From: a virus
Length of the DNA stretch: 64,000 nt
Reading direction: 5' to 3' (one strand)
IMG/VR virus record: IMGVR_UViG_3300012359_000002
Location: 1 to 64,000 of that record
Below are positions 8,219 through 16,498 of the stretch, piece by piece; position 1 is the stretch's first letter, and every line of letters starts with the position of its first letter. Made by a program: the position numbers and the translations under genes. Under the pieces are notes generated by a model. It had not been told where the DNA came from. It was given only the letters and a program-made list of their open reading frames with translations, and did no database searches.

Positions 8219-10513
8219 ATGGCCGCCATCACACCGTTCGTCGAATCGCCCGAATCCCCCGAGTCGCTCGACGTCGAGCAGGACGACGCGCCAGGCCTCG
8301 CCGGCTTCGGCGCGATCGACACGAAGGCGCTGATCGAACAGTCGCATGCTGGCCTGACGCGCTTCGTCTGGAACCGCTGGCTGATCGAGGATCATCTGCG
8401 CACGTGCAAGTTCTGGCTGGAAGACACGCGCGAAGGGATCGTGATCAGGATCGACAAGCCGTTGCCGCAGAACACCCGCCCCTGGAAGCTCATGTCGCCG
8501 GGCGCGCGCGCCGATCAGTTCGCGCTCTTCTCGGTGGGCAACGCGAAGATGGCGACGCTTTCGTGGGACCTCCCTTCGGGCCCGCCCGGTGTTGGCGGCG
8601 CGTGTCCCGGTGCGGTGGCTGCGCAATCGGTGCTGCCGCCTGCCGCGCGCGCTGCGCTCCTCACGCCCGACCGCACGCACCTCAAGGTGATCCCGCCCGG
8701 CGCGACCGAGCGCGTCGCGTTCCATGAGGAGCGGACGATCTGCGCCTTCTGCTACGCAGGCGAGGGGAACTTCGACTACACCGAGATCGGCGCAGCGATG
8801 CTCGCGCGGTACTGGTGGACGAAGGACTGCATGTCGTCGCCGGCAGCCAAGGAGAACTGGATCACGGTGATGACCGACGGTGTGCTCCGCTCGCCGTTCC
8901 CGCTGCAGGAGTGCAAGTACAGCGGGAAGATGAGCCGGCCGGTGCGCGTGCACAGCTCGGGAGACTTCTTCGCGCCGTCCTACGCCGAGGCGTGGATGGA
9001 GGTCGCGAATCGGGTGAACGCGATCGACTCGAAGTTCATCTTTTGGGCACCGACGCGGACCTGGGCGAGCCCAAACTTCCCGTGGCCGAAGATTCTGGCG
9101 CAGAACACGGCGAAGAACTTCGTCGTGCGCCCCTCCGCGTACCACGTCGGCGACCACGCACCGGGCGAGCTGATTGCGGGCAGCGGGAAGGGCTCGACGT
9201 CGCTCATCACGCCGCCGTCGCCGGGGCAGAAGTCGCCCTCGAACTTCCAGCGGCTCTTCCCCGAGGCGCTGCAGAACGGCATGCCGGGTCCCGACAACCA
9301 CGACCCGCGGCGCGACTTCGACTGCGTTGCAGCCGGCTCGCTAGTTCCAATTCGTGGGCGTGGTTATCTTCCAGTCGAACAAGTAGTTGCGGGTGTCCTT
9401 TCTGGCACCCGCTACGAGACGTTGACGCGCGACGGCTGGAAGCAGGTGGTTGGTGCCCGCGCTGTTGGCAAGCGTGAGACGGTCGTCGTCAGTCTTCGTT
9501 CTGGTCACACGCTGCGTGTCACGCCAGAGCACAACTTCGCAATTTGCAGTGAGGAGGCGTGGAAGGAAGCCGGATCGCTGGAGTTGTCGGACGTTGCTGT
9601 GCTTGGTAGAGAAGATGCCGGTGCGGCACATGAAACTTCGAGTGGTTCTTGGAACTACAACACTGGCGTTTTACTGGGCTATGCAGTCGGTGATGCCTAC
9701 TTTGGTGACCGAAACGTCATTCGATTTGAAGTTGGTGCTCGAAACAAGGGTGATGATCTTCGCAAGCTCGACGCCATCGCCACAACGATGTTTGGGCGAG
9801 GCGGTTCATTCAGTGAATACGTAAAGACCAGACCGCACTCTGCACTCATCGCGGCGGGCGAGTCACTCGTCGCTCGGCTCGCCTGGACCGGTGTTGTTTT
9901 CGCTGAATTCTTCTCAGGGTACGGCTACGCGAACGGTGTGGGATCGCCAGTACGTCGGGCGCCACATGGCAGCTTCAAAGCACCTCGTAGCGGTATTCTA
10001 GGTTTCCTGTCTGGCTTGTTTTCGGCTGATGGCTCCGTCAGCGTAAAGCGCAACGGCACCGGTGAAGTAGAACTTTCCAGCACCTCCCCCGGTTTGCTGT
10101 TGGACGTGCAACAGCTCTTTTCCTTGCTGGGGGCTCACGTCACGATCGGACGGGCGCGCCTCCGTCCACCACACAAGCCGTTGTCGCGACTTGTTGTAAA
10201 GTCCGGTGCCGGCTTGTCGATCTTGAAGGAAGCGCACCTTCTCAACAACGGCAAGCGAAACGCGCTGGAAGCGATCACGATTCCTGTCAACAGAAGACAC
10301 CGTAACTCGCGTGTCCTCTCGGTCGAGCGTGACGGCGTTGTCGTTGAGGTCTTCGACATCGAGGTTGCCGACTGCCACGAGTTCATCGCGAACGGTGTCG
10401 TCGTCCACAACTGCCCGGCGTACGCGGGCGACGCGGAGGGATCGTGCGTCTCGGCGCGCTGCCGCGTCTGCTGGACGATGCCTGAACGCAGCGTGAACTA
10501 CCCTTTCCACTAG
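8219..10513 (+). CDS. Phage Gp88-like Fe-S/Cys-rich protein containing an intein
   Basis: SWDLP..CPGA..CAFCYA..GN, RVHSSGDFF, FWAPTR, C-terminal CPAY..C..C..C; GAGGAG RBS. Confidence 0.75.
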   Translation: MAAITPFVESPESPESLDVEQDDAPGLAGFGAIDTKALIEQSHAGLTRFVWNRWLIEDHLRTCKFWLEDTREGIVIRIDKPLPQNTRPWKLMSPGARADQFALFSVGNAKMATLSWDLPSGPPGVGGACPGAVAAQSVLPPAARAALLTPDRTHLKVIPPGATERVAFHEERTICAFCYAGEGNFDYTEIGAAMLARYWWTKDCMSSPAAKENWITVMTDGVLRSPFPLQECKYSGKMSRPVRVHSSGDFFAPSYAEAWMEVANRVNAIDSKFIFWAPTRTWASPNFPWPKILAQNTAKNFVVRPSAYHVGDHAPGELIAGSGKGSTSLITPPSPGQKSPSNFQRLFPEALQNGMPGPDNHDPRRDFDCVAAGSLVPIRGRGYLPVEQVVAGVLSGTRYETLTRDGWKQVVGARAVGKRETVVVSLRSGHTLRVTPEHNFAICSEEAWKEAGSLELSDVAVLGREDAGAAHETSSGSWNYNTGVLLGYAVGDAYFGDRNVIRFEVGARNKGDDLRKLDAIATTMFGRGGSFSEYVKTRPHSALIAAGESLVARLAWTGVVFAEFFSGYGYANGVGSPVRRAPHGSFKAPRSGILGFLSGLFSADGSVSVKRNGTGEVELSSTSPGLLLDVQQLFSLLGAHVTIGRARLRPPHKPLSRLVVKSGAGLSILKEAHLLNNGKRNALEAITIPVNRRHRNSRVLSVERDGVVVEVFDIEVADCHEFIANGVVVHNCPAYAGDAEGSCVSARCRVCWTMPERSVNYPFH
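9323..10411 (+). mobile_element. Intein (363 aa) with LAGLIDADG homing endonuclease
   Basis: Starts CVAAGSLV, block B TPEHNF, LLGYAVGDA and FLSGLFSADG, ends VFDIEV..HEFIANGVVVHN followed by Cys; lower GC than its flanks. Confidence 0.93.
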
Positions 10514-10523
10514 GAGTCGACCG

Positions 10524-10925
10524 ATGGCGAAGAGGATGAAGAAGCACCGTGGACCTGTCGATCTCACTGCCTTCTCGACGCCACAGCCGTTCAAGAAGGT
10601 GAGCGCGCCGGCACGCTCGCTGCTCGTGACCGAGTCGATGCAGCACGGCGAGATCTTGCCGGCGTCGGTCGCCGTCTCGAAGGGCTGCGTCACGAAGGGC
10701 GGCAAGCCGCCGCGACCGGGCCAGGTCGAGCTGATCTTCCTGAAGCGGGGCGGCGACATGCCAGCCGGGCCGGCGCTGCGCTTCTGCACGGCGCCCGGCG
10801 TGGGATCGATCCTGCCGGTAAAGGGACCCTTCGAGGCGAAGAAGATCGCGCAGCGGTACCAGGGCTGCGTGAAGGGCGCCAAGGCGAAGGTGAAGTCCTG
10901 CACCGTGAAGTTCACCGGGAGCTGA
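10524..10925 (+). CDS. Basic hypothetical protein
   Basis: AGGAG RBS; 133-aa Lys-rich ORF. Confidence 0.65.
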   Translation: MAKRMKKHRGPVDLTAFSTPQPFKKVSAPARSLLVTESMQHGEILPASVAVSKGCVTKGGKPPRPGQVELIFLKRGGDMPAGPALRFCTAPGVGSILPVKGPFEAKKIAQRYQGCVKGAKAKVKSCTVKFTGS

Positions 10926-10926
10926 C

Positions 10927-12231
10927 GTGGATCCCGTTCGCGAGACCGTCTTCGAGTGGTTCAAGGCCTGCGTCGTCGAGGTCTGGGGGAAGTGGCCGCC
11001 GAACCTCGAACTCGTGCTCTCGCCGGAGGAGCCCACCGCAGTCGATCGTGGACGCGAGAAACCACCGGCTTCGCTCTCGTACGCACGCGACGCGCGTCCG
11101 ATGGCTGTGGGCCGGCACCTCATCAGCTACCCGCGCACGGCGACGCTGCGCCTTGCCGATCGGCTGCTCGTCGAACCGCCTGAGCGCATCCGCAAGATCC
11201 TGCTCCACGAGGCGGTGCATCTGGGCTACCCAGGGCACGGCGCGGACTTCCGCGCGGTCGCGCGCGAGGTCGGCGCCACCGTCTCGGAGAGCGGTCTCGA
11301 CGACGACATCGTGCAGGTCCAGAAGAAGGTCGGCGCCCGCTTCCAGACCGTGAAGACCTTCCCCGGTGCAGAGGAGAACGCCGCCGTCGCTTGGGCGAAG
11401 GAACAGCTCCGCGCGGAGCCAGGCTCGCGCTGGCGTACGTTGCAGGGCTACGAGGCGCTCGACGGGCAGGACAAAGTAGTGCCGTTGAAGAACGGCTACG
11501 AGCTTCGATATTCACTGTGGGGCGGCGGGAAGCAGATCTCGATCCAGGTGCGCTGGCCGGAGACGGAACCTGGACAGGATTCCACCGTGGGCGCAGCCGA
11601 CTTCGCAGTGACGGACGACGGGCTCTATCCAGAGAACGTCTGGATCGCCGACGAGCACCAAGGCAAGGGGCTCGCCTCTGCCGTGTACGCTCTCGCCGAG
11701 CGTGAAACCGGTGAGAAGATCGTTCACTCGGCGACGCAGACGGTCGAGGGGCAGCTCTTCCGTCAGGGGCGAAAGCGCGGTGAGGCGCTACTCGACGGAC
11801 TCGGCGGCGACCCCGAAGAGTACGGCGGACGGCACCGGCCGCCGGGCCCGGGGTCGGGCGCGCCGCTCCACGATCTCACTGAGGGCGAGAACGCGATCTA
11901 TCCCGACGACGTCTACGGGCCGAACGCGGTGCAGTTCTACGGCACCGGCGAGCCCGCGATGGACCGCGCGACGATCGCGGTGCTGCACCGCTTGCGCGGG
12001 AAGCCCGACGCCAACGTGGTGATCTACCGTGCGCTGCCCTGCAAGAAGAAAGACGACGGGATCAACCCGGGCGACTGGGTGACGGTGAACCGCCAGTACG
12101 CCGAGCAGCACGCCGAGTCGACCGGCAGCTTCGACGAGGAGAAGTTCTGCATCGTCTCGAAGAGCGTCCCCGCTCGTGAGGTCTTCACGAACGGGGACTC
12201 GATCCACGAGGCCGGCTACTGGCCGTCCTAG
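10927..12231 (+). CDS. Polyvalent-type protein: HExxH metallopeptidase + GNAT-like + ADP-ribosyltransferase-like domains
   Basis: LLHEAVH..GHGADF; HQGKGLASAVY; IYRALP..INPGDWVT..YAEQH..HEAGY. Confidence 0.6.
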   Translation: MDPVRETVFEWFKACVVEVWGKWPPNLELVLSPEEPTAVDRGREKPPASLSYARDARPMAVGRHLISYPRTATLRLADRLLVEPPERIRKILLHEAVHLGYPGHGADFRAVAREVGATVSESGLDDDIVQVQKKVGARFQTVKTFPGAEENAAVAWAKEQLRAEPGSRWRTLQGYEALDGQDKVVPLKNGYELRYSLWGGGKQISIQVRWPETEPGQDSTVGAADFAVTDDGLYPENVWIADEHQGKGLASAVYALAERETGEKIVHSATQTVEGQLFRQGRKRGEALLDGLGGDPEEYGGRHRPPGPGSGAPLHDLTEGENAIYPDDVYGPNAVQFYGTGEPAMDRATIAVLHRLRGKPDANVVIYRALPCKKKDDGINPGDWVTVNRQYAEQHAESTGSFDEEKFCIVSKSVPAREVFTNGDSIHEAGYWPS

Positions 12232-12614
12232 CGGTAGGGCAGCCCGTCAGGCGTCGTATCCCCTGACCCGCCGGGCACGGTTGAGCGCCTCGCCTGCGCG
12301 ATCGGGGGTGAGGGCTCGCGCCGCGGGAGGGGCGCCCACGGCGCACGGTAGGTCTCCGCTGCCGGGTGGCGCTGCGAGTGAGGCGGGTGCATCGTCTTGT
12401 CGACGAGGTGCGGCAGGCTCTCGCCGAAGGGCCGCTCCGTCGAGCGGCAGAAGACCTCGAAGCTCTCTCCCTGTCGCACCCCCGAGCAGTGCTGGCGCCC
12501 CTGCGCGTCCACACTGAAACGCCGCTGCGGCGCGCCGAGGAGATAGCGGCCGGCGAACGTGCCGGCTCCGAAGCCCGAGAAGAACACGACGGCGAGAACG
12601 AGCTTGAGCTTCAT
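12228..12614 (-). CDS. Hypothetical protein with N-terminal signal/TM segment
   Basis: MKLKLVLAVVFFSGFGAG. Confidence 0.55.
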   Translation of the reverse strand: MKLKLVLAVVFFSGFGAGTFAGRYLLGAPQRRFSVDAQGRQHCSGVRQGESFEVFCRSTERPFGESLPHLVDKTMHPPHSQRHPAAETYRAPWAPLPRREPSPPIAQARRSTVPGGSGDTTPDGLPYR

Positions 12615-12623
12615 GGGTTTCTC

Positions 12624-12836
12624 CTACTTCCAGGCGCTGCGCTGGCGCTTCGTGAGTGTCCCGTAGGCGGCGCGCTCCTGCGGGACGGTGGTGTTGTCGG
12701 GGAAGAGCAGGACGTTGCCGGCCTTCTCCGGCTTCGCCTTGGCACCGTCTGCACGAAGTCTGCCCTGCTTGAAGAGCTTTCGCACGTAGGTTTTCGAGAC
12801 GCCGTGCTTCTTCGCGAGCTGTGCCATTGTGATCAC
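12624..12836 (-). CDS. Small HTH DNA-binding protein (excisionase-like)
   Basis: ITMAQLAKKHGVSKTYVRKLFKQGRL. Confidence 0.65.
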   Translation of the reverse strand: MITMAQLAKKHGVSKTYVRKLFKQGRLRADGAKAKPEKAGNVLLFPDNTTVPQERAAYGTLTKRQRSAWK

Positions 12837-12850
12837 AGTGCCACCCTAGT

Positions 12851-13627
12851 TCACACGTTGCGCGGAATGACGAGGATCTTGCCGATGAAGATCAGGTCGG
12901 GGTTCTCGATCCTGTTCACGTCCATCAGATCGATCAGCGACACCTTGAACCGCTCGGCGATCTGCGACAGCGTATCATCGGGCGCGACGACGTAGACGCC
13001 GTATCGCCGGCTGAACGCGAACTCGGCGATCTCGCCGGTCGCACCCTTCGCCAGCGGGCTCTTGCCTGTTCCACCCTTCGGCGGCGTCGGCGCCACGAGG
13101 TCCGCCTCGTACGTCGCGAGGGCAACCCACAGTTGATGCCACGTCCTGCCGGTCGCGCCCGTCTGCAGCAGGCTTCGGACGGCGTCAGCGAGTGCGAGGC
13201 TGCGCTGGCGCTCGCGCTCCTCCCCCCAGGTCGAGGTGAGGATCCCAGCCCTCTGGAGCACCGCGAGTATTCGATCGAGGTCGACGTTCGGGTACTTCTC
13301 GTGGAACTCGCCGAGGTTGCCTCGCTTCTCGGTCACAGGCGTCGTCGGGCTGTCCCTCAACTTGTTGCCGCGCTCGTAGCTGGCGCTGAACGACTCGGGG
13401 TGACTCTTGAGCGCGCAGGTGCAGCCGCCAGGGTAGTGGTGTGGTACGCACCACGCGTGGTTCTGAGATCTGCAGTTGTCGCAGACGTACAGCTTCTTCG
13501 ACGCGTCCGCTTCCTCCTGCGCCATCGCTTCGACAGTTTCGAGCAGGCAACGCCAGGCGCAGTCGTGGTTCCCGGCGTCGAGGTGACCTCTTGCTGCGCG
13601 TAAACAATACTTCGCTTTCTCGTTCAT
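12851..13627 (-). CDS. LysM-domain protein
   Basis: C-terminal YVVAPDDTLSQIAERFKVSLIDLMDVNRIENPDLIFIGKILVIP. Confidence 0.85.
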   Translation of the reverse strand: MNEKAKYCLRAARGHLDAGNHDCAWRCLLETVEAMAQEEADASKKLYVCDNCRSQNHAWCVPHHYPGGCTCALKSHPESFSASYERGNKLRDSPTTPVTEKRGNLGEFHEKYPNVDLDRILAVLQRAGILTSTWGEERERQRSLALADAVRSLLQTGATGRTWHQLWVALATYEADLVAPTPPKGGTGKSPLAKGATGEIAEFAFSRRYGVYVVAPDDTLSQIAERFKVSLIDLMDVNRIENPDLIFIGKILVIPRNV

Positions 13628-13637
13628 TTTAAAAATC

Positions 13638-13975
13638 CCCGCTCTTGTGTGTTGGATTGCTTAGCGCTTAATGGCACGCTTCCGTACTTTGGATTACTCC
13701 ACCAGCTTGTGGCACGCTCTCGAATCTTGGTTTCCTTGAAGAGTACGGCACGCTGTCGTTCAATGGTTGACTGCTTTGGCTTTGGCAACGCTCGCCTGGT
13801 TTGGTTGAACTCAAGTAGTTTGGTACACGCTCGCATATGCTGGGTGACTCACTGCTTATGGCACGCATCTTCTTTCTGGGTCACTCGCGCTCTAATGGCA
13901 CGCTTCCGTATCTTGGGCTACTTCGGGAGTCATGGCACGCTTCGTTACTTTGGTTGACTTCTGACCAGTGGCACT
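13638..13975 (-). repeat. TIGR-like dual-repeat guide array (downstream), ~9 units of 36-38 bp
   Basis: On the plus strand: TGGCACGCT-N9-TGGnTnACT-N9-11, with blocks at 13672, 13710, 13746, 13783, 13821, 13859, 13896, 13933, 13969; spacers are unique. Confidence 0.9.
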
Positions 13976-14813
13976 AGGCCGCAGGCTGAGACGCCTCGGG
14001 CGCCGTCGGGCGGGAGTGGACGATCCCGAGCTTCTCCTCGTGGTACGGCGGCCGAACGGGGAGCCCCTCCGACTCGCGCCACGCCTTCCAGAGGTCGATC
14101 AACAGCATCTTCACCATGTAGCGCAGGGAGGAGTTGTTGCGGTGGCCCGGCGACGTCCCCTTGCCGCTCGTCTCCATGCGGTGCTTGTAGCCATCGTAGA
14201 CCGGGCGCCAGACCGGGTTCGAAGCCTTGAGCAGGCACGGCGCCATGACGCCGAGGAGCTTCGTCTTCAGGAACAGGTTGTAGTGGCGCTTCTCGCCCTT
14301 GATCGAGCGCTCGCGGCTGCCGGAGTCGTAGAGGTCGACCTCACCGCGAACCACGACGTCGCAGGCCTTCTCGTTCTTCTTCTTCACGGCGTGCGTCCAG
14401 CCGCCATCCGCGGCGCGGGTGACGAGGCGGTTGCACTCCTTGCAGCGCCAGGCGGCGACCGGCGCGAGGCCGGCATAGCGCCAGAGCTTCGACACGTTCT
14501 CCGCGCGGACGATGTCGACCTCGGAGAGGATCACCGCCGCCATGACCTCGCCGAGGCCCTTCCAGCGCGGGTCCTCGGTGTCGAGCACGTTCACGTAGAA
14601 CGGGATCTTCTGCAACAGCTCGCGCACGCGATCGAAGGCGGCCTTCTCCTCGGTCTTGAGGCGCTTCACCTCGATCACGAAGTGCGCCTTGTCGTCCTCG
14701 TTCAGCAGCGTCTCGATCTTCGCGATCCGACCGGAGTGCTGCTGCCGAATGATCTGCACGTCGTAGAAGTGGCGCACGGCCATGCGCAGCGATCGTCTCA
14801 GGCTCTCGTCCAT
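13974..14813 (-). CDS. tasA: Nop/IS110-C-terminal-like RNA-binding protein without a nuclease domain (TasA-like)
   Basis: Coiled coil followed by KGLGEVMAAVILSEVD..NVSKLWRYAGLAP..YNLFLKTKL..GHRNNSSLRYMVKMLLIDLW; no RuvC/DEDD or HNH domain; flanked by arrays. Confidence 0.82.
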   Translation of the reverse strand: MDESLRRSLRMAVRHFYDVQIIRQQHSGRIAKIETLLNEDDKAHFVIEVKRLKTEEKAAFDRVRELLQKIPFYVNVLDTEDPRWKGLGEVMAAVILSEVDIVRAENVSKLWRYAGLAPVAAWRCKECNRLVTRAADGGWTHAVKKKNEKACDVVVRGEVDLYDSGSRERSIKGEKRHYNLFLKTKLLGVMAPCLLKASNPVWRPVYDGYKHRMETSGKGTSPGHRNNSSLRYMVKMLLIDLWKAWRESEGLPVRPPYHEEKLGIVHSRPTAPEASQPAA

Positions 14814-14830
14814 TTGATCTTCCCTTTCAG

Positions 14831-15168
14831 TGGATACCGCTCTGCGTTCTTCGGATTACTCGGTCGTTATGGCACGCTTTGCATCCTTGGTTGACTCGTT
14901 ACCCGGAGGCACGCTCGGTCCGTTTGGGCGTCTCGTCTGAATTGGCACGCGTAAGTCCTTTGGGTTTCTCGAAACCTGATGGCACGCTTTGCGGGTATGG
15001 TTTTCTTCTTGCGGGTGACACGCTTTCTGTTGTTGGGTTACTTGAGTGGCATGGCACGCTTCAGGTACTTGGGTGACTCAAGAAAATTGGCACACTCGCA
15101 GACTCTGGTTTGCTCATGCTCACGCGGTTCGCTCGGCGAGTATGGTTGTCTCCCCGGTCGGAGGCACT
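14831..15168 (-). repeat. TIGR-like dual-repeat guide array (upstream), 9 units of 36-39 bp
   Basis: Same two blocks, at 14831, 14870, 14907, 14943, 14980, 15016, 15052, 15088, 15125, 15162, with 9-10-nt variable spacers. Confidence 0.9.
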
Positions 15169-15385
15169 ATTCGAGATCGAAGAGCTTCGGTGCTTCGACG
15201 AGCACCACCTCCTGTCCACCCGCTGGGCCTGGCTCGCGCGCGACGATCAGCACGGCATAGCGCTGCGCTCCCTCTGCGAGCCACGCGTCGAACACGCGCT
15301 CGACCAGCTCGTCGGAGTTCCACTCGAAGCCGACGCAAGTGCAACCCGCGACAGCGAGTCGATCGCAGATCTCGCGGCGCGTCAT
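15167..15385 (-). CDS. Small hypothetical protein ending in FDLE
   Basis: ATG overlaps the upstream stop (ATGA). Confidence 0.55.
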   Translation of the reverse strand: MTRREICDRLAVAGCTCVGFEWNSDELVERVFDAWLAEGAQRYAVLIVAREPGPAGGQEVVLVEAPKLFDLE

Positions 15386-16167
15386 CGACGCACCTGTTTC
15401 AACTCGCGCGACACCTTGCGCATGTTGTCGATCGGAACGAGGCTTGAAAGCCCGAGCTTGCCGAGCCACACGTAGATCGACACGGCGTGCTCGCCGAGGA
15501 CGTCGAGCGACAAGTTCGCCACCCAGAAAGTCTGGTTGGACGTGAGGCCTTCGACTGCCCTGCTATCACCCGTTGCTTGCGCGAGGAAGTGCAGTGTCGG
15601 CGCCGGCAGCGCGCTTACCGGCCGGCGCCCCTCATCTTTTTTCGCCTTCGGGCACGGTTGCGCGAGCGAGGCGCGCAGCTTGTTGCCGCCCTCGTCGTAG
15701 GGCCACTCGATACACAGCGTGCAGCGGCGGAAGAACCCGTCCTCGTGCTCCTCGTCGAGGTGGCCGCAAATCATACACGCGTAGTTGAGCATGTCCTCGC
15801 TCTGCAGGAAGTCGGTGCAGGCCACCTCCTGGCGCGCCTTGGTGTTGGTGCCGACGTAGACGTAGGGGGCGCGATCCTCGAACACCCAGCGCGTCGGATC
15901 GATCACGGTGTGGTCGGCGTCGTCCCGCACGATCCAACCGTGCTGGCAGAATCCGTAATCACGCCTCGCGGCGAAGAAGCTCGTTCTCGCGATCGGCCCG
16001 GTCCAGTGCCCGTAGACGGCGACGCCGCCGGGTACGAGACCGGCGTCAATCATGGCCGTCGCGATCCCGTAGCAGTTGCCCAGCCACTTCGACGTGCGGA
16101 CGCCGATCACTTTTGCGACCAGCTTGACGTTCACGATCTTCTCCATCTGCGAGAGGTGTGTGTTCAC
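15382..16167 (-). CDS. Hypothetical protein with possible Cys-His-Asp triad
   Basis: GNCYG..QHGWI..IDPTRW. Confidence 0.6.
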   Translation of the reverse strand: MNTHLSQMEKIVNVKLVAKVIGVRTSKWLGNCYGIATAMIDAGLVPGGVAVYGHWTGPIARTSFFAARRDYGFCQHGWIVRDDADHTVIDPTRWVFEDRAPYVYVGTNTKARQEVACTDFLQSEDMLNYACMICGHLDEEHEDGFFRRCTLCIEWPYDEGGNKLRASLAQPCPKAKKDEGRRPVSALPAPTLHFLAQATGDSRAVEGLTSNQTFWVANLSLDVLGEHAVSIYVWLGKLGLSSLVPIDNMRKVSRELKQVRR

Positions 16168-16498
16168 GGTGTGCTCTCCACAGTTGGTGTCTCTGGTAAC
16201 CAGATGAGTGCCCTAACACGCGCCCTGCATGGCGGGCAGTCGAAATAGAACGGGAGGTTGCCGAGCGGCGGTACCTTGCGCTTCAGGCGCACCCACGCAC
16301 CGCACTTCGAGCAGACGACGCGGATCATGATGCGGGCACCTTTCTCACGTCTGGTGACTGACCGACGAGACTGATCGAACCGTGGTCGCAGAGCTTCAGC
16401 ACCGCTCCGTTCTCTAACTTGATCGTCCAGCCGCCGTGCGTTTGGCTCTCCGGGTCGCGTGGACAGATCGGGCACGGCACCGTTCGAAACACGTTCAT
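16164..16498 (-). CDS. Two tiny overlapping Zn-ribbon ORFs (16164-16328, 16325-16498)
   Basis: CSKC..CPPC and CPIC; 4-bp start/stop overlaps. Confidence 0.5.

Noticed and set aside
13624-13957. Short ORFs overlapping the arrays (13624-13836, 13649-13957; also 14879-15260)
   Set aside because: Unit lengths vary between 36 and 39 bp and break frame; codon usage is atypical and there is no RBS.
13638-15168. Arrays as CRISPR, or the central gene as an IS110 transposase
   Set aside because: Conserved blocks and spacers are only ~9 nt and alternate between two types, with no cas operon. The protein lacks the N-terminal RuvC-like DEDD domain needed for IS110 transposition.
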